64,000 nucleotides of DNA from positions 32,001 to 96,000 of the forward strand of contig JAYZBQ010000076.1 in the NCBI GenBank assembly GCA_036338695.1, read 5' to 3'. Shown in pieces: positions 39,426-48,482 of this stretch. Positions within the stretch are counted from its first letter, which is position 1, and each line of letters starts with the position of its first letter. The position numbers were made by a program, and so were the translations under genes. This DNA is from Myxococcota bacterium (GTDB lineage: Bacteria; Myxococcota; UBA4151). Below the pieces are notes generated by a model. That model was not told where the DNA came from. It worked only from the letters and a program-made list of their open reading frames with translations, and searched no databases.

Positions 39426-40211
39426 ATGCTTCGAGCACTGCACATCGCTGCGACGGGTATGGATGCCCAGGAAAAGAAGATGGACGTCACGTCCAACAAC
39501 CTCGCCAACGTTAACACGTTCGGCTTCAAAAAGGGGCGAGCCGAGTTTCAGGACCTTCTGTACCAGACGGTCAAAGCGCCGGGCACCTCAACAGGTCAGG
39601 GCACCGAGAGCCCAAGCGGGATCCAGGTCGGCCTCGGTACGCGCCATGTCAGCACGCGGCGGGACTTCGCCACAGGGAGCTTTACGCAGACTGGAAACAA
39701 CTATGACCTCGCCATCGAGGGCGAAGGGTTCTTTCAGGTCACGCAGCCCAACGGCGAGATCGGCTTTACGCGCGCCGGGAACTTCACGGTCGATAATCAA
39801 GGTCGCATGGTCACCGCCGACGGCTACCCGCTCGAGCCGCAGGTCGTGCTGCCGCCAGACGCCTTGTCGATGACGATCGCCGCCAACGGCATCGTCTCGG
39901 TCGTTCAGGCGGGTCAGACGCAGGCGACGGAGCTTGGACAGATTCAGCTGGCGCGCTTTACCAACCCTGGCGGCCTGCGCGCGCTCGGGCGGAACCTGCT
40001 GCAGCAGACCAGCGCCTCGGGGCAGGCGGTGGTCGGAAACCCAGGCGACGCAGGCATCGGCTCGCTCTCACAAGGGTTTATCGAGACCAGCAACGTCAAC
40101 GTCGTCGAGGAGATGGTCAGCTTGATCGTCGGGCAGCGCTCGTATGAGGCGAACTCCAAAGTGATCACAGCGTCGGATGAGATGCTGCGTTCGGCGACGA
40201 ACTTACGCTGA
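39426..40211 (+). CDS. flgG: Flagellar distal rod protein FlgG
   Basis: Motifs NNLANVNT.GFKK.RAEFQDLLYQ and SNVNVVEEMV. Confidence 0.96.
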   Translation: MLRALHIAATGMDAQEKKMDVTSNNLANVNTFGFKKGRAEFQDLLYQTVKAPGTSTGQGTESPSGIQVGLGTRHVSTRRDFATGSFTQTGNNYDLAIEGEGFFQVTQPNGEIGFTRAGNFTVDNQGRMVTADGYPLEPQVVLPPDALSMTIAANGIVSVVQAGQTQATELGQIQLARFTNPGGLRALGRNLLQQTSASGQAVVGNPGDAGIGSLSQGFIETSNVNVVEEMVSLIVGQRSYEANSKVITASDEMLRSATNLR

Positions 40212-41113
40212 TGTTAACCGCTGTCTTCCTCAGCGCCTTGGTGGCGCTACCGGCTCGCGTCGAGGTCAGCGAAGGGACGCTGACCGCCGCCGACCTCGTC
40301 GGCGGCGCTGCGGTGACCGTTGGCGACGCGCAGCGGATGCGAACCATTGGCCTTGGGCGCGCGCCGGCTGCCGGTCAGGTAAGACGGATCAGCGGCCCTT
40401 ACCTAAGGCGCTTGCTGCGCGCCGCCAAGGTTCGTGGCGTGCGCGTACCCGGTCAGATCGAGCTGGTCGGACGCGCCGAGGTGATCACCGCGAAGGATCA
40501 GCTGGAGGCGGTGACGGCTTATCTCAAGAAGCGACTCGGCCGCGACGGACAGATCACCTCAGTGCAACCCTTTCAAAACGTCACCGACGTGAAGGTGCCA
40601 CCGGGCGCTCGAATCAGCAGCGTTGCGCCGGTTGGCGAGGACCCTTTTCGCTCCCGATCGACCTTTAAGTTGGTGATCCGTCGGCGTGGGCAAGTGGTCG
40701 CAAGGCGTTACCCTCAGGTGACGATTGAGGGACAAGCGAGCGTGCGCGTGGCGCGTGCTGTGATCCCAGCGCGCAAAGCGATCGGGCGCGGCGATGTGCG
40801 CGCCGCCACGCTGCCGCTGAGTCAGGTCCCGACGCAGGCGCTCGGCGCCTTTCGGCTGGCCGGTATGTTGGCGAGTCGACGCTTGGCGGTGGGGCGAGTG
40901 ATCTCGCGCCGAGACCTCAAGGCGCCGCCCGTTGTGTTGCGCGGTCAGCGCGTCCGAATTGAGCTCAAAGCCGCCGCTGTCTCGGTCTCGACGGCTGGTG
41001 AGGCGCTCGCCGATGCCGCCGTCGGTCAGCGCGTGAGCGTCCGAAATCTTTCAAGCGGGCGCAGACTGCAAGCCTGGGTCCGAGGCCCTGGAGTCGTGGA
41101 GGTGACCCCATGA
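40211..41113 (+). CDS. flgA: P-ring assembly chaperone FlgA
   Basis: C-terminal V.RGQ.V...GEAL.D...G..V.VRN.SSGR. Confidence 0.85.
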   Translation: MLTAVFLSALVALPARVEVSEGTLTAADLVGGAAVTVGDAQRMRTIGLGRAPAAGQVRRISGPYLRRLLRAAKVRGVRVPGQIELVGRAEVITAKDQLEAVTAYLKKRLGRDGQITSVQPFQNVTDVKVPPGARISSVAPVGEDPFRSRSTFKLVIRRRGQVVARRYPQVTIEGQASVRVARAVIPARKAIGRGDVRAATLPLSQVPTQALGAFRLAGMLASRRLAVGRVISRRDLKAPPVVLRGQRVRIELKAAAVSVSTAGEALADAAVGQRVSVRNLSSGRRLQAWVRGPGVVEVTP

Positions 41114-41802
41114 TGCGTTATCTGACGGTGCTCGCCGTATTGACCACGGGATGTGTCAAGCACATCGAGAGCTACGCCCCAAGAACTCGAGATTGGTCAA
41201 AGATTGAGACGAAACGTCTCGACGACGCCCACGCGCCCAAGCCGTCACCGGGCAGCCTCTTCGTTGACGATGGCGACGACCTCTTCGCTTATCGCCGGGC
41301 GACACGCACCGGGGATGTTGTGACCGTCCGAATTGACGAGCAGAGCCTCGCCGATGGCGAAGCGAACACGAATTTGGACCGACAGAGCTCCTATCAAGCG
41401 GGTGTGACGGCGATGTTGGGGCTGATGAACCAGCTCGCCACGGCGGATGATCGGATCACCCCTGCGACCATGGCGAACGCCAGCAGCACCTCGAAGTTCA
41501 AGGGCGCTGGCTCGAGCGATCGGACGACCTCGGTGCAGGCGACCATCCCAGCCATTGTCGTGGGCCGGAACCGTTCAGGTTTGCTCCGGATCGAGGGGCA
41601 CCGGGTGATCCAGGTGAACCAAGAAGAGCACCATTTTTACATCTCTGGGCTGGTGCGTCGTGACGACATCAACGATCAAAACGAGATCCCCTCGGCGCGT
41701 ATCGCCGAGGCGGAGATGGAATTTACGGGGCGGGGTACGGTGACCAATCAGGCGCGTCAGGGCTGGTTGCACAACGTGCTCGACGTCATCTGGCCGTTCT
41801 AA
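41110..41802 (+). CDS. flgH: L-ring lipoprotein FlgH
   Basis: Lipobox LTTG-C; motifs GSLF, GDVVTV.I.E, GWL...WPF. Confidence 0.93.
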   Translation: MMRYLTVLAVLTTGCVKHIESYAPRTRDWSKIETKRLDDAHAPKPSPGSLFVDDGDDLFAYRRATRTGDVVTVRIDEQSLADGEANTNLDRQSSYQAGVTAMLGLMNQLATADDRITPATMANASSTSKFKGAGSSDRTTSVQATIPAIVVGRNRSGLLRIEGHRVIQVNQEEHHFYISGLVRRDDINDQNEIPSARIAEAEMEFTGRGTVTNQARQGWLHNVLDVIWPF

Positions 41803-41808
41803 GGAGTC

Positions 41809-42903
41809 ATGATGCGAGGATTGCTTCTCATTCTGGCGGTAAGCGCTGCGCAGCCTGCGCAGGCGGCGCGCCTCAAGGAGCTTGTGAGTTTTGAGGGCGT
41901 TCGGGCCAACCACTTGACCGGCTACGGTCTCGTCGTCGGGCTCAACGGCCAAGGCGATAACGACTCCGCACGTTTTACCGTCAAGAGTTTGGCTGCCTTG
42001 ATGCAGCGTCAAGGCGTCAACGTCTCGGAGCGTGAGATTCGTGTCAAAAATGTCGCTGCGGTGATGGTGACCACCAAGCTCCCACCCTTCGCAAGGCCCG
42101 GTCAAAAGCTCGACGTCTCGGTCTCGTCGACCGGTAACGCCAAGAGCCTCCAAGGGGGGACCTTGCTGCTGACGCGATTAAAGGGGGCGGATGGGCGCGT
42201 CTATGCGCTCGTTCAAGGCGCCCTGACCATCGGCGGCTTCTCGCTCGGTGGTGGTGGTGGCGGTGATCAAGCCCAGAAGAACCACCCCACGGTCGGGACC
42301 ATCCCAGGTGGCGCCATCGTCGAGCGCGCCGCGCCGCGCAGCCTCGGAGCCGGTCAGCCGCTGCGTATTCAGTTGCATCGTCCCGATTTCACGACCGCCG
42401 CACGTGTCGCCAAGGTGATCAATGAGGCGCTAGGGACGCGCGCAGCGCGGGCCATGGATCCCGGCAGCGTGGAGGTGCAGTTGCCCGATCGCTTTGAGGG
42501 GCGACCGGTCGAGCTGATCGCTGGCATCGAGAACCTGCAGGTGCAGCAAGATGCGGTGGCGCGCGTGATCGTCAATGAGCGTACGGGCACCATCGTGATG
42601 GGTGAAGGCGTCCGCATCAGCACCGTCGCGATCAGTCACGGGAACCTGGTCCTGCAGGTGGAGGCCGACCAGAAGATTGTGCAGCCTCAGGCGCTCGCTG
42701 AGGGCGAAACCGCTGTGCAGAATAACGAGAAGGTGACGGTCACCGAGCAGAGCTCCGGTCTGGCTGTCGTCAAGCAAGGCGCAACCCTCGGCAGGGTGGT
42801 GCGGGCGCTCAACGCGCTGGGCGTCAGCACCAGGGATCTGATCGCCATCCTTCAGGCGATGCGGACGGCGGGTGCGCTCGAGGCTGAGCTTGAGGTCTTA
42901 TGA
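41809..42903 (+). CDS. flgI: P-ring protein FlgI
   Basis: Motifs GVR.N.L.GYGLVVGL.G.GD, SLQGGTLL, NERTGTIV. Confidence 0.96.
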   Translation: MMRGLLLILAVSAAQPAQAARLKELVSFEGVRANHLTGYGLVVGLNGQGDNDSARFTVKSLAALMQRQGVNVSEREIRVKNVAAVMVTTKLPPFARPGQKLDVSVSSTGNAKSLQGGTLLLTRLKGADGRVYALVQGALTIGGFSLGGGGGGDQAQKNHPTVGTIPGGAIVERAAPRSLGAGQPLRIQLHRPDFTTAARVAKVINEALGTRAARAMDPGSVEVQLPDRFEGRPVELIAGIENLQVQQDAVARVIVNERTGTIVMGEGVRISTVAISHGNLVLQVEADQKIVQPQALAEGETAVQNNEKVTVTEQSSGLAVVKQGATLGRVVRALNALGVSTRDLIAILQAMRTAGALEAELEVL

Positions 42904-43631
42904 AAACCTCTCTGGCTGACCTTGCGGCGTACCAACAGGCGGCGCGCACGCAGCGCAACGCAAGCGATCAGCTGAAGGCGGGGGGCGTAGAGGCTGCGGC
43001 GAAAGCCTTTGAGGCGATGTTTATCAAGATGCTCCTCGACGCCATGCCCGAGTCTGAAGACAGCGCCATCTCCGGCGGCTTCGGCGGCGGCGTCTGGCGC
43101 GATATGTTGCACCAAGAATACGCCTCGCAGGCCTCGAAACAAAAAGGTTTTGGGATCGCCGAGGCGATCGTCCGGCAGATGGGACCTCAAGCTCAGGTCA
43201 CCCCCACCGAGCCCTTATCGCCGCTGGCAGGCGCGCTGCGCCGAACGAGCGCCTTTGGGCCGCGTGTGCACCCGATCACCGGTCAACACCACCACCACAC
43301 CGGCGTCGATTACGCTGCGCCCACGGGCACCCCGGTTCGTTCCATCCTGGACGCCGAGGTCGTTTTTGCCGGCCCCAAAGGGGGCTATGGCCAGCTGGTT
43401 GAGCTGCGTCACGCAGACGGTACGACGACGCGCTACGCGCACCTTGATCGAATTGATGTCACCCTCGGGCAGCGTCTTGAGCGCGGTGAGCTGCTCGGAA
43501 CGGTCGGCTCGACCGGTCAGAGCACCGGACCTCACCTGCACTTTGAGGTGCGTCAAAACGGTCAAGCGATCGACCCAGAGCCCTACCTCAAGGCTCAGGC
43601 GAGCCAGCCCGTCGCGCGGCGCGGGCGCTGA
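42900..43631 (+). CDS. flgJ: FlgJ rod-binding domain fused to an M23 peptidase
   Basis: AA..FEA.F...LL..M (rod-binding); HTGVD and GPHLHFE (M23 Zn motifs). Confidence 0.85.
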   Translation: MKTSLADLAAYQQAARTQRNASDQLKAGGVEAAAKAFEAMFIKMLLDAMPESEDSAISGGFGGGVWRDMLHQEYASQASKQKGFGIAEAIVRQMGPQAQVTPTEPLSPLAGALRRTSAFGPRVHPITGQHHHHTGVDYAAPTGTPVRSILDAEVVFAGPKGGYGQLVELRHADGTTTRYAHLDRIDVTLGQRLERGELLGTVGSTGQSTGPHLHFEVRQNGQAIDPEPYLKAQASQPVARRGR

Positions 43632-43645
43632 GCACCGAAACCGGG

Positions 43646-43757
43646 TAAAAGCTTTTCGAGCGCGTACCGTTAACTGGGTTGCGGAGCGGTCGGCGCGCCG
43701 TTCGACCCGTAGGGTCGGTTAGAATTTTCTAAAGCCGTTCGGCGATTGCGTCGTTGA
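43646..43757 (+). promoter_or_regulatory. Two putative tandem sigma28 promoters upstream of flgM
   Basis: TAAA-N16-ACCGTTAA (43646-43673) and TAAA-N16-GTCGTTGA (43730-43757). Confidence 0.55.
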
Positions 43758-43817
43758 ACGGCATGAACAGTCTTGCGCGACGCCAAGGACGGTTGAGCGT
43801 AGAGGGAGGAGGGGAAG

Positions 43818-44129
43818 ATGAGTATCGACTCCTTAGGAAAAACCACCGGGGTGCCGAAGCCGGCGTCTACGGTCGAGCGTAAAGAGGGGCTGGCGGCCCC
43901 GAAAGCGGTCGAGGGTGCAACTGCGTCGCGTGTCGATTTGAGCGTGAAGCGGTTCGAAGGTGCGATCAAAGCGGCGTCGAAAGAGTTGACCGCAGCGGAT
44001 GAAGCCCGTCTCGACGGGTTGCGTCAGCAGATCGCATCGGGGGATTACGCCCTAAACCCAGCTGATATTGCGCGCTCGATCATGGAAGACCGCGCCTTCT
44101 TTTCATCGCTAAGCGGCGATAAGGAGTAG
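43818..44129 (+). CDS. flgM: Anti-sigma28 factor FlgM
   Basis: RL..LRQQIASG.Y..N...IA; position in cluster. Confidence 0.85.
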   Translation: MSIDSLGKTTGVPKPASTVERKEGLAAPKAVEGATASRVDLSVKRFEGAIKAASKELTAADEARLDGLRQQIASGDYALNPADIARSIMEDRAFFSSLSGDKE

Positions 44130-44131
44130 GC

Positions 44132-44425
44132 GTGTCCGCGGCCGACAAGCTCACGGCCCTGTTGGTTGAAGAAGAAGCCGCCCTGCGTCGTGGTGACGCA
44201 GAGGCGGTGCTTCTTTTTGCGAAGCGTAAAGAGGAGCTCGTGCGCTCGCTCAGCGAGGACCCGCCCGAAGAGGCGGTCTTGAGCGCATTGCTCGAAAAGA
44301 ACCGCGCCAACGGCCTCCTGGCGCGCAGCGGCTTGGCGCTCTTGAACCAGGTCCTGGGCAACCCCTCAACGTACGGCGCAGACCCGACGGATCGGTCGGG
44401 GCGTTTTTTGAGCGAGAGCGCCTGA
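44132..44425 (+). CDS. flgN: FlgN-like export chaperone, short
   Basis: Lies between flgM and flgK; N..N..L...L and TYG motifs. Confidence 0.65.
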   Translation: MSAADKLTALLVEEEAALRRGDAEAVLLFAKRKEELVRSLSEDPPEEAVLSALLEKNRANGLLARSGLALLNQVLGNPSTYGADPTDRSGRFLSESA

Positions 44426-44426
44426 T

Positions 44427-45854
44427 ATGGGGATCAGGGGCTCCTTCACTACGCTGAGCATTGGGCGAAACAGCCTCCTTGCGCATCGCACGGCGCTCGA
44501 CACGGTGGGCCACAACCTCGCTAACTCGGGGGTTGAGGGGTACACTCGTCAACGAGCGCACTACGCGCCGCTGCCTCCGTCGGCGACGACCATCGGGTCG
44601 ATCGGCACGGGGGTGCGCATCGACACCATCCAGCGCATGGGGCACAGCCTGGTCGAGCGGCGGCTCGATCAAGACGCCTCCGATCAACACGAAGCGCAGG
44701 CACGCTTGAACTTTCTCAACCAGATCGAGGTCGTGTTCACCGATGAGTCCTGGGGGATTTCGTCCGGAATGACCGCCTTCTTCAACAGCTTTCGTGACCT
44801 GAGCCGTAACCCCGGCTCGATGGTACAGCGCGCCGAGGTCGTGGCGCGCGCAGGCGACATGGCGCGTCGCTTCCAGACCGCCGCAGATCGGATCGAAGGG
44901 CTGCGTTCGGACCTCGACGCTGAGCTCTCAGCGCATGCTGCCGAGATCACGGAGCTCTCGGCGACCGTCGCTGACCTCAACCGGGAGATCCGGGACGTCG
45001 AGTCGGACGTGGGCATCGCCAACGACCTGCGAGATCAGCGTCAGCGCGTGGTGCGAGAGATCGCCGAGCTGGTCGAGATCCGCACGCACAACGACTCGGA
45101 TGGGAACGTGATCGTGCAGATGACCAGCGGTCACACCTTGGTGTCGGGGCGACGCTCTGGATCGCTCACAGTGCGCGCCAACCCCAACAACAACGGCTTG
45201 GCTTCGATCATTTACACCGACGCCGACGGCACCAAGCCGGCTGACGTCACCAACGCAGTCCAGGGCGGCGAGCTCGGTGGGAAGATCAACGCGCGGGACA
45301 ACGCATCGAGCGATGCCCTTGATCAGCTCGACAATTTAGCCTTTCTCTTGGTCGAAGAGGTGAACAATCAGCACCGAGCTGGGTTTAGCCTCTCCGTGGG
45401 CGGCAACCCGCCGACCGACCAACAAAATTTCTTCAGCGCCTTTGGCGGGGTCCCGGGGTCGGCGCAGGCCATCGAGATCGACCCGGCGGTGCTTGCGGAC
45501 CCGAGCTTGATCGCCGCGTCATCGACGGCGGGTGGCTCTCCCGGGAACAACGAGAACGCCTTGGCGCTGGCAGCGCTTGAGGAGGCTGCGATCATTAACG
45601 GCAGCCGCCCACATGACTTTTGGTCAGACCAGGTTCGACGGATCGGCGATCAGGTCGCCCGAGCCCGTCGTGACACCGACAACTACGATGCCCGGATGGA
45701 GCAGAGCACAGCGCTGCGCGAGGCGATCTCCGGCGTCAGCGTAGACGAAGAGCTCGCCGAACTGGTCAAAATTCAGACCTCGTTTGAGGCGTCGGCGAAG
45801 GTGATCACGACCGCCGATGAGATGCTCCAAGCCGTCCTGAACATGAAGAGGTAA
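44427..45854 (+). CDS. flgK: Hook-associated protein FlgK
   Basis: Motifs GHNLAN...GYTRQ and SGVSVDEE. Confidence 0.95.
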   Translation: MGIRGSFTTLSIGRNSLLAHRTALDTVGHNLANSGVEGYTRQRAHYAPLPPSATTIGSIGTGVRIDTIQRMGHSLVERRLDQDASDQHEAQARLNFLNQIEVVFTDESWGISSGMTAFFNSFRDLSRNPGSMVQRAEVVARAGDMARRFQTAADRIEGLRSDLDAELSAHAAEITELSATVADLNREIRDVESDVGIANDLRDQRQRVVREIAELVEIRTHNDSDGNVIVQMTSGHTLVSGRRSGSLTVRANPNNNGLASIIYTDADGTKPADVTNAVQGGELGGKINARDNASSDALDQLDNLAFLLVEEVNNQHRAGFSLSVGGNPPTDQQNFFSAFGGVPGSAQAIEIDPAVLADPSLIAASSTAGGSPGNNENALALAALEEAAIINGSRPHDFWSDQVRRIGDQVARARRDTDNYDARMEQSTALREAISGVSVDEELAELVKIQTSFEASAKVITTADEMLQAVLNMKR

Positions 45855-45857
45855 CCC

Positions 45858-46754
45858 ATGGTCTTTCGCGTGACTTCGACCGCCTCGCACATGCGCCGTA
45901 TCTCGGCGATGAACCGGACCCTGACCGGGATGGATCGCGTCGAGCGGCAGCTCAGCAGCGGGCGACGTTTTGAGCGCCCGGGTGAGGACCCAGAAGCCTC
46001 TGCGCGGGTTCTGCGCATTAGCCGTAAGCAAGACGATATCGTGACCTACGGCGAGAACGTCGAGGCAGGGCGCGGGATGCTCAACCGCGCCGAGTCCGCG
46101 GTGGTTGCGCTGACCGGGGTGATCAACTCCGCTCGCTCGCTCGCCTTGAAGATGTCTGACAGCTTCTACGACGGCGAGCGGACCGGTCAGGTCGATCTGA
46201 GCAACGGTTTGATCGACTCGGCGCTGGATCTACTCAACACGACTTATGATGACATGTACATTTTTGGTGGACACGCCAATGATCAGCCGCCGTATGAGCT
46301 CAACAACGGCGCGGCGCAGTTTAACGGCAACGATGGGCTGATGCAGCTCGATGTCTCAGACGGTGCGCGCTCGCAGGTGACGATCAACGCTGAGGTGCAT
46401 TTCAATGGAAACGGCGGCGGCGAGGACGTTTTGGCGCTGCTGATCGAGCTGCGAGATCAGATGGCTGCGGACAGCCAAGCCGGCGTTGCGGCGACGCTCG
46501 ATCGGTTTGAGAACGCCGTGGCGCAGATAAGCCAGACCGCCTCCGAGCTCGGGACGCTGTACCAGCGACTCGAGGTGCACGAGCGCGTGAACGAAGTGCA
46601 GGACGTCGAGCTTGAGCGCCTGCGCAGCACGATTGAAGACACGGATTACGCCGAGGCGGCGGCGACGATGAGCTTACGCCAGACGGCTTATCAGGCGAGC
46701 CTCGCTGCTACCGCCCGAGTTCAGGGGATGAGTCTCCTGAACTTCATGCGCTAA
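45858..46754 (+). CDS. flgL: Hook-associated protein FlgL
   Basis: Motifs SSGRR..RP.EDP, YIFGG, SLLNFMR. Confidence 0.92.
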   Translation: MVFRVTSTASHMRRISAMNRTLTGMDRVERQLSSGRRFERPGEDPEASARVLRISRKQDDIVTYGENVEAGRGMLNRAESAVVALTGVINSARSLALKMSDSFYDGERTGQVDLSNGLIDSALDLLNTTYDDMYIFGGHANDQPPYELNNGAAQFNGNDGLMQLDVSDGARSQVTINAEVHFNGNGGGEDVLALLIELRDQMAADSQAGVAATLDRFENAVAQISQTASELGTLYQRLEVHERVNEVQDVELERLRSTIEDTDYAEAAATMSLRQTAYQASLAATARVQGMSLLNFMR

Positions 46755-46823
46755 TCGGTGTAGACCCACCCTCGTGAACCAGGTTAGCTGACCCAGCACA
46801 GACGATGAGACACCACCGAAACG

Positions 46824-47099
46824 ATGCTCACACTTAGCCGACGAGAAGGTCACGCCATCCGCATTGGCGACTCGATTCGGATCGTGATCTCGGAGATCCG
46901 CGGGAACACGGTGCGCATCGGGATCGAAGCGCCGCGTGAGCTTCAGGTGTTTCGCGAAGAGCTCTGGCTTAAGATTCAAGAAGAAAACCGCGCCGCCGCA
47001 GAAGGCCCCGATCGCGACGCTTTGGACGCGTTTTTGGATGCCTTTGGACTCGACGGTGCGAACCCACAACATGGCGGAAGCGGAACCCAAGATGAGTGA
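46824..47099 (+). CDS. csrA: Carbon storage regulator CsrA with C-terminal extension (FliW-associated type)
   Basis: MLTLSRR.G..IRIGD.I...VRIGIEAP....FREE. Confidence 0.93.
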   Translation: MLTLSRREGHAIRIGDSIRIVISEIRGNTVRIGIEAPRELQVFREELWLKIQEENRAAAEGPDRDALDAFLDAFGLDGANPQHGGSGTQDE

Positions 47100-47538
47100 T
47101 ACCTTATGCTTTACCAATCAGCGATTGGGCGAAATTGAGGTCGAGTCCGACGCCGTATTGAATTTCCCAGCCGGGATCCTCGGGTTCTCGGAATGTCGCC
47201 GGTTCGCGCTGCTGCCGCATCGACCCGGTACGCCGTTCTTTTGGTTGGTCCCGGTCGAGCGAGTGGACGTCGCCTTTGTGGTGGTCAACCCCGAGAACTT
47301 CTTCCCGGACTACTGCCCGTCGCTGACGAAAGACCAGCTGGCGCCGCTGGCGTTGACGCCCGATCAAGACCACAGCCTCGGGATGTTGGTGGTCGTCAGC
47401 TTTCGTGATGGTCAGCCGACCGCTAATTTGCGCGCCCCGCTGATCATGGACCTAGCCAACCGCCGCGCGGTTCAGGCGGTGCAGATTGGCCGCGAGTTTG
47501 ACACGCAAACGCCGCTGTTTCCGGCCACCTCAAAATAA
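47092..47538 (+). CDS. fliW: Flagellar assembly factor FliW
   Basis: Motifs FP.GILGF, F.WL, P..FFPDY, TANLRAP. Confidence 0.93.
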   Translation: MSDTLCFTNQRLGEIEVESDAVLNFPAGILGFSECRRFALLPHRPGTPFFWLVPVERVDVAFVVVNPENFFPDYCPSLTKDQLAPLALTPDQDHSLGMLVVVSFRDGQPTANLRAPLIMDLANRRAVQAVQIGREFDTQTPLFPATSK

Positions 47539-47554
47539 ATTGCAGGCGCCGGCC

Positions 47555-47582
47555 TAAACAGCTGACCTGATCGGGTCGTTGT
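47555..47582 (+). promoter_or_regulatory. Putative sigma28 promoter of flagellin 1-fliD-fliS
   Basis: TAAA-N16-GTCGTTGT, the same form as before flgM. Confidence 0.55.
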
Positions 47583-47589
47583 CTGGGTC

Positions 47590-47633
47590 GGAGGGCAAGG
47601 ATGCCTTCCAGGCGGACACGGATGTCCACGGAG
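47590..47633 (+). promoter_or_regulatory. CsrA-binding hairpins in the flagellin 1 leader
   Basis: GGAGGGCA-AGGA-TGCCTTCC and GGACA-CGGA-TGTCC, then SD ACGGAG. Confidence 0.75.
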
Positions 47634-47641
47634 CCAACCCA

Positions 47642-48472
47642 ATGTCTTTAGTCGTCCACCATAACGTGGCGGCGCGCTTTGCCCGCATGCACCTGGCTCG
47701 AGCCCAGGATGCCATTCAAGGTAGCACGGACCGGATGAGCTCGGGGTACCGACTCAATCGAGCGGCAGACGACACCACCGCCTTTGCGGTCTCCATGCGC
47801 TTCGGTTCGGACTTGATTGGCCTTGAGACCGTCAACCGCAACGCCCGCAACGGCATGAACCTGATCAGCGCCATGGAAGGGACGGCTGGTGAGATCCTGC
47901 GCGTCCTGGACCGGATGCGTGAGTTGGCGACGAAAAACGCAACGGAGACGATGACCGCGACGGATCGCAGCGAAGCTCAGATCGAGTTTGCGGCGCTTCA
48001 AGAAGAGATTCAGCGCTTGGCTCAGACCACGCAGATGAACCGAGTCCAAGGTCTGGCGGTTTCGGACACCATGACCTTCCAAGTCGGCGCCGGTGGCGGC
48101 GCCGCCAACCAGGTCGTGCTGTCGATGCGCTCGATGACGCTTGCGGCGCTCTCGATCGGACCGGGCGACGCAGACATTATACTGATGAGCAACGCGCAGG
48201 GCGCGCTTGAGAGCATCGACGTCGCGCTTTCTCGCCTCAATACGCGCCGCTCGGAGATGGCGGCCACCTTCTCTCAGCTCAACTCCGCCTTTGACGTGAC
48301 CGCAGCGGATCGCGAAGCGCTCCTCAATACATTAAACGTGATTCGTGATACCGATTACGCAGAGGAGTCGACGCGACTGGCGCAGAATCAGATCCGCTCG
48401 CAAGCTGCGGTGAGCATTCTGAGCCAGGCGAATACGATCCCGCAGCTGGCGCTGCAGCTGCTGCAAGGATAG
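47642..48472 (+). CDS. fliC: Flagellin 1 (276 aa, divergent)
   Basis: Motifs SSGYRLNRAADD, RMRELA, IRDTDYAEE, LSQAN. Confidence 0.9.
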   Translation: MSLVVHHNVAARFARMHLARAQDAIQGSTDRMSSGYRLNRAADDTTAFAVSMRFGSDLIGLETVNRNARNGMNLISAMEGTAGEILRVLDRMRELATKNATETMTATDRSEAQIEFAALQEEIQRLAQTTQMNRVQGLAVSDTMTFQVGAGGGAANQVVLSMRSMTLAALSIGPGDADIILMSNAQGALESIDVALSRLNTRRSEMAATFSQLNSAFDVTAADREALLNTLNVIRDTDYAEESTRLAQNQIRSQAAVSILSQANTIPQLALQLLQG

Positions 48473-48482
48473 GGAGGCGAAG

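Noticed and set aside
42246..42265. GGT repeat tract in flgI
   Set aside because: Encodes an in-frame Gly linker; no sign of a contingency locus.
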